Origin: a virus
Length of the DNA stretch: 64,000 nucleotides
UHGV virus genome: UHGV-0038496
Direction: 5' to 3' (one strand)
Below are positions 18,550-27,300 of the stretch, piece by piece. Each line of letters begins with the position of its first letter. Within the stretch, counting starts at the first letter, position 1. Under the pieces are notes generated by a model. The model saw only the letters and a list, made by a program, of their open reading frames with translations, was not told the origin of the DNA and did not search any database. Made by a program: the position numbers and the translations under genes.

Positions 18550-20004
18550 GTGGACGCAAGAAGTTCAGAACTGATTTTAGCACAGAAACCAGAAGCTCTA
18601 CGTATGCTCCAGGGTGCTCGCATGTGGCTCATGGAAAGACTGAGCTTCTACGGTGTGCTCCTGTCAGGCTTACAATTTGTTGAGAACCACACATGGTGTG
18701 ACACTATTGCCACAGACCATAAGCGGATTTACTACAATCCAGAGTTCATCGTGGGTGTTTGTCAGGAACGCCGTGCTATCATTCTGCCTAAGTGCGATGA
18801 TAAAATGAAAGAACAGCTGGATGCTTTCTATGCACCTAAAACGCTTAAAGAGGTTGCTTTTCTCCTGTGTCATGAGATAGGTCACATCATTGCTGATCAC
18901 ATCAGCCGTGGTAAAGCCTTCTCTGATCACAACCTGTTTAACCAGGCTGCTGACCACGTTATTAATACGGGGCTGATGGAAGATTTAGCTGAACCGCCAT
19001 GTGCAATGTTCCCACACGGCATTCGCACACAGCTGAAAAAAGGCCAGCCGTTTGCATTCCTTGAGTATTGCTATTGTGATAAGAAATACCACGGGTGGAT
19101 AACTGAAAAAGTTTATGCAGACCTGGAAAAACAACAACAGCAGCAACAAGGTAAAGGACAAAGTGCCAGTGGTGGTGGTCTACGAGCCACAGATACTCAC
19201 ATGGGTGACGGACAAGGCCAGTCTGACAACCTCAGTGAAGCTATGGGCTACGAAAAAGGCAACCAGCCACCAATGACTCAGGCAGAGAGAGATGCAGCAA
19301 TGCAGGACTCTGGGGACATGATGGAAGCTGCTATGCAGGCGGCAGGTGGTGAAGGTCCGGCACAGGTGCGTGAGTGGATCAAAAATCGCAATAAGCCTAT
19401 TATCAACTATCTGGATGTGATTCGCCAGCGTATGTTGTCACACCGGAAAGCTGATATGACTTATCGCCGTCCGGCACGTCGCTCTGGTGCTTTAACTCAC
19501 ACATTACGTAACAAAGGGGCTATCAACAATCGCCAGTCTGTTATTCTCCCAGGTCGCAACCAGGAGAAAACGATTGACATAGTGGTTGCATTCGACGTAT
19601 CAGGCTCTATCTCTCAACGAACTCTGAAACGTATCACTTCAGAAATCGGTGGGTTGTGCAGCCTGTATAAAGAGTTCAAAGTTACAATGTTCTGTTGGTC
19701 AACAGAAGTTGGTGATGTTCAGGTATACACTCACCAGAATATTGCACAGATGCCTGACTACCAGATTAAGTCTACGTTCGGTACTCGCGCAGGCTGTGTG
19801 TTTGAATATCTGGATAAACATCTGTCTGATGTTCAGGATGTGATTATCTTTACTGACCTGTATCTTGAATCAGATTTTGAAAAAGAGGTTGACAGGAACA
19901 ACTGGGATAAGTATAATACGCTCTGGATCAGGACAGAAGGTGGTAACAAGAACTATACGCCATCTTTTGGCAGAACTATTGATTTGATTGAAAACGCTAA
20001 ATAG
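18550..20004 (+). CDS. putative zinc metallopeptidase-like plus von Willebrand factor A domain protein
   Basis: GTG start with RBS GGAGGA; HExxH motif LCHEIGHIIADH in the N-terminal half; vWA MIDAS-like VAFDVSGSIS in the C-terminal half; Q/G-rich low-complexity linker. Confidence 0.65.
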   Translation: MDARSSELILAQKPEALRMLQGARMWLMERLSFYGVLLSGLQFVENHTWCDTIATDHKRIYYNPEFIVGVCQERRAIILPKCDDKMKEQLDAFYAPKTLKEVAFLLCHEIGHIIADHISRGKAFSDHNLFNQAADHVINTGLMEDLAEPPCAMFPHGIRTQLKKGQPFAFLEYCYCDKKYHGWITEKVYADLEKQQQQQQGKGQSASGGGLRATDTHMGDGQGQSDNLSEAMGYEKGNQPPMTQAERDAAMQDSGDMMEAAMQAAGGEGPAQVREWIKNRNKPIINYLDVIRQRMLSHRKADMTYRRPARRSGALTHTLRNKGAINNRQSVILPGRNQEKTIDIVVAFDVSGSISQRTLKRITSEIGGLCSLYKEFKVTMFCWSTEVGDVQVYTHQNIAQMPDYQIKSTFGTRAGCVFEYLDKHLSDVQDVIIFTDLYLESDFEKEVDRNNWDKYNTLWIRTEGGNKNYTPSFGRTIDLIENAK

Positions 20005-20015
20005 GAGACACAGTT

Positions 20016-20267
20016 ATGGCAACATCTGTATCTTTAAGAGAGCTTGAACCTGTGGTCAAACCTCTCAGAAATTTTAAACCGGGCACGGTTGTAGAAATCC
20101 TGGTGGCAGCTGAAGCACGCAATGTGTTAATCATGGAGGATAACTCTTATGACGGTGGCATCTACACTGTAGACCTGGAAGACTTCTCTTTACAAATTAT
20201 GGACGGTGATTTATCTGCAACAGAAGTTAATGCAGAAATCGTCCTTTGCGGATACGCTCGTCATTAA
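20016..20267 (+). CDS. hypothetical protein
   Basis: 83-aa ORF following the previous gene by 11 nt. Confidence 0.45.
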   Translation: MATSVSLRELEPVVKPLRNFKPGTVVEILVAAEARNVLIMEDNSYDGGIYTVDLEDFSLQIMDGDLSATEVNAEIVLCGYARH

Positions 20268-20282
20268 CAGGGGGACCCAGCC

Positions 20283-20717
20283 ATGCTGACTAAACGCCAA
20301 TGCCAATCTTCGGGCGAAAAACAATGGAAGAAGGAGTGGTTTGGGGTAGAAGTATGCCAGCTTCGGCTGGGTACTTACCTTGACTACGTTTACTACCGTA
20401 ATAACTATGAGATTGTTCAGTACGAGGCCTTTTACACTAAACATCTGATAGAGATTAGCCGTAAGATTCAGGGGCCTGTGGGGACTAAAGAAGACTGGAA
20501 AGTCATCGTGCCGATGGATATGATCTCTGATCCGGCTCACCCAACAGATGATGAAAATATGATGGTCGAATTGATGTTAGGTCTTGACGACCTTGAAATT
20601 GCGATCTATCATATGTGTGTTGAGGCAGCTGCTGCTGACTTTGAAGAGAAGCTCGACGAGCAGGAATTACAAAGTCTTTTAACAGAAAAACTTAAAGAAT
20701 ATTTTACGGGGGATTGA
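20283..20717 (+). CDS. hypothetical protein
   Basis: 144-aa ORF. Confidence 0.45.
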   Translation: MLTKRQCQSSGEKQWKKEWFGVEVCQLRLGTYLDYVYYRNNYEIVQYEAFYTKHLIEISRKIQGPVGTKEDWKVIVPMDMISDPAHPTDDENMMVELMLGLDDLEIAIYHMCVEAAAADFEEKLDEQELQSLLTEKLKEYFTGD

Positions 20718-20718
20718 T

Positions 20719-20955
20719 ATGTTTGCTCGCAAGCCAGAAATGGATAAAGATGTGTTGGGTCACCTGATGCGTTGCCGTCTGGTATGGCAAGAAGCTCGTC
20801 AAGACCGTAAAGTCGTTGTAGTCAGTAACAGTGACGATCCATTCAAGAACTATCGTGAGATGATGGATCTGTACATCCGTCGTGGCCTTGTCAAAGTGGT
20901 TAAACTGGATGACCTGACTGAAGAAGACCTGGAAGGTACGGTGGTAGAACTATGA
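20719..20955 (+). CDS. hypothetical protein
   Basis: 78-aa ORF, 1-nt gap from the upstream gene. Confidence 0.45.
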   Translation: MFARKPEMDKDVLGHLMRCRLVWQEARQDRKVVVVSNSDDPFKNYREMMDLYIRRGLVKVVKLDDLTEEDLEGTVVEL

Positions 20956-21545
20956 GCAACGTAGAATTTTTTACTAACAATCTCCAGAGGGACCTGGATA
21001 CTTTTCTCGAATCTGAGTGGAATGACTACTGGGATAATTATTTTGCCAGTTCTCGCTTCAATGCCTTCAAGATGATATTCGAAAAGTATATCTTCCCAGT
21101 ACCACGGTACTACAGGGAAGAAACTTACACTACTAAGTGTAAAGTGATGATAAGGGCTTTGAAGAACAATGATCATCCCAGTGTAAGTGATCTTCGCAAC
21201 ATGGTCCACGATGTTGATGGTGAAATGCACGTCAGAATCTGGAGAAAACGCGAGAAGCACAAGAAAGAGCTACTACAGTTCGGAGTTGACCTCCTGACTA
21301 ACCGTAATGCTTGTGGCAATAACGGTGGCCCTTGCGTGATGGAAAAACGTGCACCAAAACTGTTGGATCGCTTACTGCGGGATCCGATGGGGATGGATAT
21401 GCTGCGTTTGAGCCTGTTCAAATACATCAAAAAGTGTGTGGATGGTGAGGGATGGGCAATGTCTGCCAAACACTACGGTGAGGATGATGACCCAAACGAA
21501 GGTATCAACCTTCTGCTTCAATTGTTGGAGGGTAATGATGAGTGA
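20952..21545 (+). CDS. hypothetical protein
   Basis: 197-aa ORF with ATGA overlap with the upstream gene. Confidence 0.45.
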   Translation: MSNVEFFTNNLQRDLDTFLESEWNDYWDNYFASSRFNAFKMIFEKYIFPVPRYYREETYTTKCKVMIRALKNNDHPSVSDLRNMVHDVDGEMHVRIWRKREKHKKELLQFGVDLLTNRNACGNNGGPCVMEKRAPKLLDRLLRDPMGMDMLRLSLFKYIKKCVDGEGWAMSAKHYGEDDDPNEGINLLLQLLEGNDE

Positions 21546-21981
21546 TCCATACAGCAAAGAGCAACTGAAAGCAGACTTCGGTAAAATCTTGATGGAAGAT
21601 GCTGACTGGTACTTCCACAAACAAGGTTGGTACGCCAAGTCAACAGCCGCGACAGGTAGTGTCGGTGTCAACATCGTGTGGAAGCTGATGGAAAACTTTG
21701 ATCAGACAGGGAACATTATCGCCCATATTAGTGAGAATCAGGTCCACATGAGCCGTGTGAGAATCCTGGAAGGCTTGCTGGAGTCTGGGGATAACAACAT
21801 CCAACACGCTAAAGCAGCTTTACAGGATGCCTACACAGAGATAATTATAGCGACCTTAAACCAACGCAGACGCTACGAGAAGGCTTTTATCCACCACTCG
21901 GCAGAGTATTTACTGTATGGCAGGATGGATGGTTATGGTCCACTTCTGGCGCTAAGAGATAAAAACTGCACCAGAGAATGA
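21538..21981 (+). CDS. hypothetical protein
   Basis: Track ORF 21436..21981 trimmed to ATG at 21538 (MSDPYSKEQ...) preceded by GGAGGG; the longer form would overlap about 100 nt of the upstream gene. Confidence 0.45.
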   Translation: MSDPYSKEQLKADFGKILMEDADWYFHKQGWYAKSTAATGSVGVNIVWKLMENFDQTGNIIAHISENQVHMSRVRILEGLLESGDNNIQHAKAALQDAYTEIIIATLNQRRRYEKAFIHHSAEYLLYGRMDGYGPLLALRDKNCTRE

Positions 21982-22148
21982 TGGAATCACCTTGTGGGCC
22001 AGGGGTTGTGGAATTGGTGCTGGCAGAATTTATCAGGCCGTACGTGGAAGAACAACCTCTTCACACAATGCCACCTGGACAATACGGTAAAGGTGAGTAT
22101 ATCAACGAACCAAGTAAACTGATTGATCTGATTTTGCAGTTTGACTAA
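21978..22148 (+). CDS. hypothetical small protein (56 aa)
   Basis: ORF below the track cutoff, read by hand (MMESPCGPGV...LILQFD); ATG overlaps the upstream stop. Confidence 0.3.
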   Translation: MMESPCGPGVVELVLAEFIRPYVEEQPLHTMPPGQYGKGEYINEPSKLIDLILQFD

Positions 22149-22168
22149 AAAAAGAAAGTAAAAATCCC

Positions 22169-22197
22169 TTGACATGGAATGATGGTTGTGTTAAGAT
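22169..22197 (+). promoter_or_regulatory. sigma70-like promoter (TTGACA, 17-nt spacer, TAAGAT)
   Basis: -35 TTGACA 22169-22174, -10 TAAGAT 22192-22197; the track ORF 22179..22403 starts inside this promoter, so its true start is taken as 22251. Confidence 0.5.
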
Positions 22198-22250
22198 GCT
22201 TCCATCAAATGAAGAGAAGCACAGTTCAACAGATAAATAAGGAGTCAGCC

Positions 22251-22403
22251 ATGAAATACAATATCGACAATTTAGCTTGTTTCAAAGAAGATTTTGCAGA
22301 TTCTATGGATCAGGCTTGTCCGGGTGAAATTCCTGTACAAGGTGCAGACAAAGATGAAGTAAAAGAGTTCTGCATTGATAATCTTGGCGCATTCGATAAA
22401 TAG
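22251..22403 (+). CDS. hypothetical small protein (50 aa)
   Basis: ATG at 22251 (MKYNIDNLACF...) with a strong RBS AAGGAG 7 nt upstream, downstream of the promoter. Confidence 0.5.
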   Translation: MKYNIDNLACFKEDFADSMDQACPGEIPVQGADKDEVKEFCIDNLGAFDK

Positions 22404-22414
22404 GGGGGTGGGTT

Positions 22415-22558
22415 ATGAAAATAAGACTCGAAGTTTTAGCACTGGTTGCAATGGGTTTGATAGTTCTGGGTGTTCATGCTATGGATGTTGATTGGGGCGC
22501 AGTAGCTGAGAGCATGGCTCAGGCACATCCGATGGGCCTGATGCAAATGAACTTCTAA
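22415..22558 (+). CDS. hypothetical small hydrophobic protein (47 aa)
   Basis: Hand-read ORF MKIRLEVLALVAMGLIVLGVHA... with G-rich RBS; followed directly by a terminator. Confidence 0.35.
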   Translation: MKIRLEVLALVAMGLIVLGVHAMDVDWGAVAESMAQAHPMGLMQMNF

Positions 22559-22566
22559 CTGTATAG

Positions 22567-22592
22567 GCCCCGCTTCGGCGGGGCTTATTTTT
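22567..22592 (+). terminator. rho-independent terminator
   Basis: GCCCCGC-TTCG-GCGGGGC hairpin followed by TTATTTTTGTCTTTT. Confidence 0.7.
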
Positions 22593-22629
22593 GTCTTTTC
22601 CACACAACTGATTGAGTGAAAGAAAACTG

Positions 22630-22658
22630 TTGACATGCCCCGTGCGTTGTGGTATAAA
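22630..22658 (+). promoter_or_regulatory. sigma70-like promoter (TTGACA, 17-nt spacer, TATAAA)
   Basis: -35 TTGACA 22630-22635, -10 TATAAA 22653-22658, upstream of the ATG at 22690. Confidence 0.55.
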
Positions 22659-22689
22659 TACTCCATCAACAGAACGAAGGACCACTACG

Positions 22690-22965
22690 ATGACTAAAGA
22701 ACAGTTACGCTACCTTGAATACGGCCTGTCGATGGTGCAGGAAGGTCTGTCTGCTGCATACCGCATGAATATGCAAGCCAAAGCTAACGATGCCCGTATC
22801 AACCAGATCCTGGATATGGACTTTGCCGAGTTCACAGTTCATGCCAAAGAGATCCCACAGCTGATAAAAGAAAATGAAGAACTGGATCGCAAGATTCATT
22901 GCATCATTGAAGCTGCGGAAAACACACATGCTTTTGCATACAAATTTTTGAAAAATAAGGAGTAG
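22690..22965 (+). CDS. hypothetical protein (91 aa)
   Basis: Start moved to ATG at 22690 (MTKEQLRYLEYG...) with RBS GAAGGA, downstream of the promoter. Confidence 0.5.
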   Translation: MTKEQLRYLEYGLSMVQEGLSAAYRMNMQAKANDARINQILDMDFAEFTVHAKEIPQLIKENEELDRKIHCIIEAAENTHAFAYKFLKNKE

Positions 22966-22968
22966 GCT

Positions 22969-23460
22969 ATGGATTCTGGCTACGATGACGGTAGTGGGGA
23001 TATTTTTGATTACAGCAGTTTAACCACTTCTCTGCCGTTTGAAACACGTAATGGCACGAAGATTGCTGCATTTGACTTCGATAATACGTTCAATGCAGAG
23101 CCTTTCATCTTCGCCTCATTTGTTGGCGCGTTGCAGAAGGCTGGTTGGTATTGCTGCTTTGTCACATTCCGGTTCCCTGAACAGGACAGCTGTGACATTC
23201 GAATGTGGGCTGAAAAGCTGGGTATGGATATCTTCTACACTTCTGGTGTACAGAAAGCAGCTTACATGGCTACGATGGGCATCTTCCCAGATATCTGGGT
23301 TGATGATAACCCAGCAGGTATCCCAGCTAAAAACCAACTGGAGTTCGCCAGGGATGAAGTGATGTATAAACGTAAAGCTAAACAGAATAACTGGCCTCTT
23401 GTTATAGAGGACTACCCAGAACCTGAAGCTGAACCAGAGGAGTACTTACATGAAAAATAA
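22969..23460 (+). CDS. putative HAD-superfamily phosphatase / nucleotidase-like protein
   Basis: Motif I-like AAFDFDNTF (DxDxT) near the N-terminus; 163 aa. Confidence 0.4.
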   Translation: MDSGYDDGSGDIFDYSSLTTSLPFETRNGTKIAAFDFDNTFNAEPFIFASFVGALQKAGWYCCFVTFRFPEQDSCDIRMWAEKLGMDIFYTSGVQKAAYMATMGIFPDIWVDDNPAGIPAKNQLEFARDEVMYKRKAKQNNWPLVIEDYPEPEAEPEEYLHEK

Positions 23461-23635
23461 AATCAGACAACTCTACCACTTCGTGATGTGGAGAGGTTTA
23501 CGTGCATGGGCTAAAGCTCATCGTCGCTTCTTCGGTTACGGTGATGCTTATATCCATCTACATCTGGCTGCTATTCAGCACCACGATGAATACATCGAAG
23601 CAATCGTTCTTGGGGACAGAGACTTCTTACATTGA
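23450..23635 (+). CDS. hypothetical protein
   Basis: 61-aa ORF overlapping the upstream gene end. Confidence 0.35.
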   Translation: MKNKIRQLYHFVMWRGLRAWAKAHRRFFGYGDAYIHLHLAAIQHHDEYIEAIVLGDRDFLH

Positions 23636-23646
23636 TAAAAATTTTG

Positions 23647-23674
23647 TTGACAGGGACGTTAAATTGTGTATAAT
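23647..23674 (+). promoter_or_regulatory. sigma70-like promoter (TTGACA, 16-nt spacer, TATAAT)
   Basis: -35 TTGACA 23647-23652; consensus -10 TATAAT 23669-23674 preceded by TG; about 35 nt upstream of the RBS GAGGAG and the ATG at 23708. Confidence 0.6.
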
Positions 23675-23707
23675 ACACCACATCAAAGAGAGATGAGGAG
23701 TGCAGAA

Positions 23708-23893
23708 ATGAGTAAACGTTATCCTTCAGACAATCCTTATGTTATCGCACTTGGTGCACTGTGTGTTATGCTTGTACTTGTTGCAGTGATTGTGGCAGAC
23801 TATCTGGACATTCAGCAGCAGATCGAGTGCATGAAGCTGTTAAAAGCTAAAGTTGCAGCATTCCAGGCAGATATTTTCAACATTACACACTGA
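23708..23893 (+). CDS. small membrane protein (one predicted transmembrane helix)
   Basis: MSKRYPSDNPYVIALGALCVMLVLVAVIVADYL...; hydrophobic helix; RBS GAGGAG. Confidence 0.5.
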   Translation: MSKRYPSDNPYVIALGALCVMLVLVAVIVADYLDIQQQIECMKLLKAKVAAFQADIFNITH

Positions 23894-23901
23894 GGCCGGA
23901 T

Positions 23902-24042
23902 ATGGACTTGTATTTCATGGTAGACTTAGCTCTGCAAGGTTTTCTTCCAGGTGTCTTCCTGGATGCTCCACCACTCTGGTTGGCCTTCTGGTTGATGATT
24001 GTGGTAGTGATTAACGGTATTCTGGATGCATGTAAAAAGTGA
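23902..24042 (+). CDS. small membrane protein (46 aa)
   Basis: Hand-read ORF MDLYFMVDLALQGFLPGVFLDAPPLWLAFWLMIVVVINGILDACKK; RBS GAGG. Confidence 0.4.
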   Translation: MDLYFMVDLALQGFLPGVFLDAPPLWLAFWLMIVVVINGILDACKK

Positions 24043-24051
24043 GGTGCCAAA

Positions 24052-24249
24052 ATGTCTCTGTATGATATTATTATGTTTATCTTTTGGTTAATTTTTATTG
24101 TTCTGCAAGCTGTAGCGGGTGTACGAGTAGCGGAAATGAAAGGCTACGAGAAGTGGTGGCAGAAACTGCTGGCATTCTTGTTTGCTCCGTACGCAATCAT
24201 CATGATTGTTTTGTTCCTAAAAGATAAAAAACATCCTTCTGAAGAATAA
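24052..24249 (+). CDS. small membrane protein (two predicted transmembrane helices)
   Basis: MSLYDIIMFIFWLIFIVLQAVAGV...LLAFLFAPYAIIMIVLFL...; RBS GAGGTG. Confidence 0.5.
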   Translation: MSLYDIIMFIFWLIFIVLQAVAGVRVAEMKGYEKWWQKLLAFLFAPYAIIMIVLFLKDKKHPSEE

Positions 24250-24282
24250 TCCTTCCTCTTAATCATCTCCTCAAACAAAAAA

Positions 24283-24301
24283 GGGGGCCATCAAGGCCCC
24301 C
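24283..24301. terminator. bidirectional rho-independent terminator at the convergence of plus-strand early genes and the minus-strand structural cluster
   Basis: Hairpin GGGGGCC-ATCAA-GGCCCCC flanked by an A-run on the plus strand (a U-run for the minus-strand transcript) and by AAATTGTTT on the plus side. Confidence 0.7.
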
Positions 24302-24327
24302 AAATTGTTTCCTCTGTTATTATGCTA

Positions 24328-27300
24328 TTACGCTTCCTTGAAGTTAAATCCCGCACGACAAGCTGTCTGAGAGATTCCTTGTACAGAAACAGAAAGCGAT
24401 ATGTAGGTTTTACCGTTTTCCATATCGTTCCAGTTGAGTTCATAACCGCACCAACCAGATTCACTCAGTGCAACCGTAGGAGAAGAATAACCGAATTTGG
24501 CTAATCTTGACGGGTCGCCTGTGTAAATCGTTAGCTGGCCTGACGGTACACCTTTAAGTTCTGGGATATACATACCACCAAAAACTCTCATCGGGTAACT
24601 TACCAGTGTCTGGTAGCTACACGGTTGAGCAGAGAATGTCTCCATATTGCTTGTACCGTAAGGTTGCGGATAAGCCCCGTCAGTCGGGTTACCTACCCAC
24701 GCCCTGTATTGCGGGTGAATCTCTTTAACCGTAATCGTGGTCGTCTTCGTGAAGACTGTTCCGTTAGTATCAGTACAGGAGTATGTGATAACAGCTGTAC
24801 CTACACCCACGAATTTAACCTGACCTGTATCAGTGGTGATCGTGACGGCATCCGGGTTATTCGTTGACCAGGACTCTGAAGCAGCAACTGCGCCATCAGG
24901 TTGCATAGTCGGTTTACGCATAACACCGCTACCACCTTTGATACCAATTCCGTTGAACGGGTTAGGCAGATCGCTCAAGCCTGTAATAACAGTACCGGAA
25001 CCACATTTCCAGTTATAGAGTTTACTAAAGGTATATGAACCTTCGCCGTAAGAAACTTTAGCTGTAATTGTGATAACCGCTGAACCGTTTTTCAGAGCGT
25101 TGATAGCGAATTTACGGTCAGTGAGTTTGGTAGCAACAAAGACTGTTGGATCACTTGAAGTAACCTCAAAGCTCAGACTTGCTGCACCACCAGGTAAGAA
25201 GTTGTCCGTAACGTAGAAGCCTGACTGCGTACCTGACTGGCTATAAGGATAAGTACCACGTTCCTGATAGGCATTCGTTGGAGAATAGAAGCCTTTCAGC
25301 AAGAACTCATAGGTCACGCTTGAACCAGCGGCCCATGTGTGGTTATTGTTCATTAAAGCCCAGCTGTCAGAGTTACTGAATCCATAAATGGAGACACTAC
25401 CTGATTTCGCAGTTACCCTCGGAGATATTTCCAAAGCACCTTTGGTGTAAGGGCCTGCCATATTATCTCTTAAAGTACTGGTTTCATCAGAAGCCTCAAC
25501 CATGGCGGTAAGTTTTGTACCAGCGGATTCTTTACCTGTTTCATCCGTCCAGCGAATTTCAACTGGAACACACCATGCACCAAGTTCAGCGTTCCCGTTA
25601 GGTATTGTACCATCAGTTGGAGTATGGTAAGTGTATGCAAGATCTTTTCTTACCACGAACTCAGCGAGGTTGCTGTAAGCAGAGTTTGCAGCAATTATTG
25701 CACCGTCCAGAGCTTTTTGCGGGTAAATCAGTATATATTCATCCGCAATCCAACTGGTGTTGGGCATACCCCACCATTTCTTATCGCTGTCTGGAGACAG
25801 TTCGCATCCTGTTCTAACATCCATATACTGAATCCGTTTCGTATATTCGATATTAGAATAAGTTTGTGCAACTCTAGGACCCAAAGCCCCCGAAGTTTTG
25901 TCATAAACCATCATAGATAGTGTGACAGGATCCGGGCGTGATATACCGAAGCATTCTACCAGTTTTTCTTTCGGTAATGCACAACAGTTGTCATTAGACG
26001 CATTGGTTGTGGTGTAAACCAATTTGTTATTACTGTCCCATACCTGCAACTGAATGTTGCCAGGTGTCCAGCTTGTGTACTTGGACATGTCGTCGAAGTA
26101 CAGGAACAAATCCCCATCTGCGTTCGTATTTGCATACGTGTTAGCTGAGGTTTTATTCCAACATGGTAAGGTGAACCAACGAGGAATCTGTTTCTGAATA
26201 AGATTACCGCCTATTGCCTGACAAATTTCTCTAGAGAGAACTTCACGGGCAAGAGGTTTGTAACCCCATTCGATCATTGACCCATTGTAACCTTCCACTT
26301 TGTAGGCATCTGAACCTTCCTGGAACAGGATACGAGTCACAGCTGAGTTATAAGAGTTTACAGGTTTAACTGCAAACTGAGAGTAAACCCTCATCCTCAT
26401 ATTCTGCCATTCTCTACCACCGATCTCCCATTGGTTGTCATAGCAACGCATCAGAGAGGTCCAGCAGATCGGAGCCATACGCAAGCCATCGCCGAATCCT
26501 TTTGTCTGGTCATTGAATATTTTCCAGAGGAAAATGTTTACTGACCACATGGCTCTGTGGAAGTTGAACCAGTTGACAGAACGAGCAGCGTTTTGAAGAG
26601 AAGTACCATCAAGATTAGGCCACACAGCATTAACCAGCATATCTTCTGTACCTGCATCCAGAACTACCCCTCTGATTCTCGGAACACGATTTGCACGGTC
26701 TGCTTCGCACCAATTCTTGATTAGCTGGAGTTGTCTACCATAAACCTCGGACTGATCGGTTTTCTCCAACATCACCTGTTTAACATGAACAATAGGATCA
26801 CCATAGTTACCGTTAATAGCCTCTGGTAGCATAGTCTGACCAAAGTCAAAACGGATACCACTCAAAGTGTTTCCACTGTCGGTTGCCCAATCAGCTACGG
26901 AGCTGAAGTCAAACTCAAACAGCCACCAGCCTGCACCTAACAGAATACGTCTGCATTTTGAGGTGTCTGTGCTGGTGATTTTCCGAACTTCCCTATACCC
27001 CTCGCTATTAATATTATAATAGCAATCAATGATGTAAGGTGATGTACCTGAAGCATTACCTGTAGGCACATTTTTACCGATCTGATCACAACTAACAACC
27101 AGTTTTACTTGCTGGAATCCTGAGGACATTGGTACTGACATAGCGGTAGCAGCCAGATCACCACGCGGATCGTGAACTTTCTCAATACAGATGAAACCAT
27201 CCAGAACACTTGAACCAGATGGTGTTACATTCTGCGGAATAAAGTTGCAGGTCTGGTTCATTTGAGTCCATGAACCTATCTCTTTATCCATCAGGTTGCA

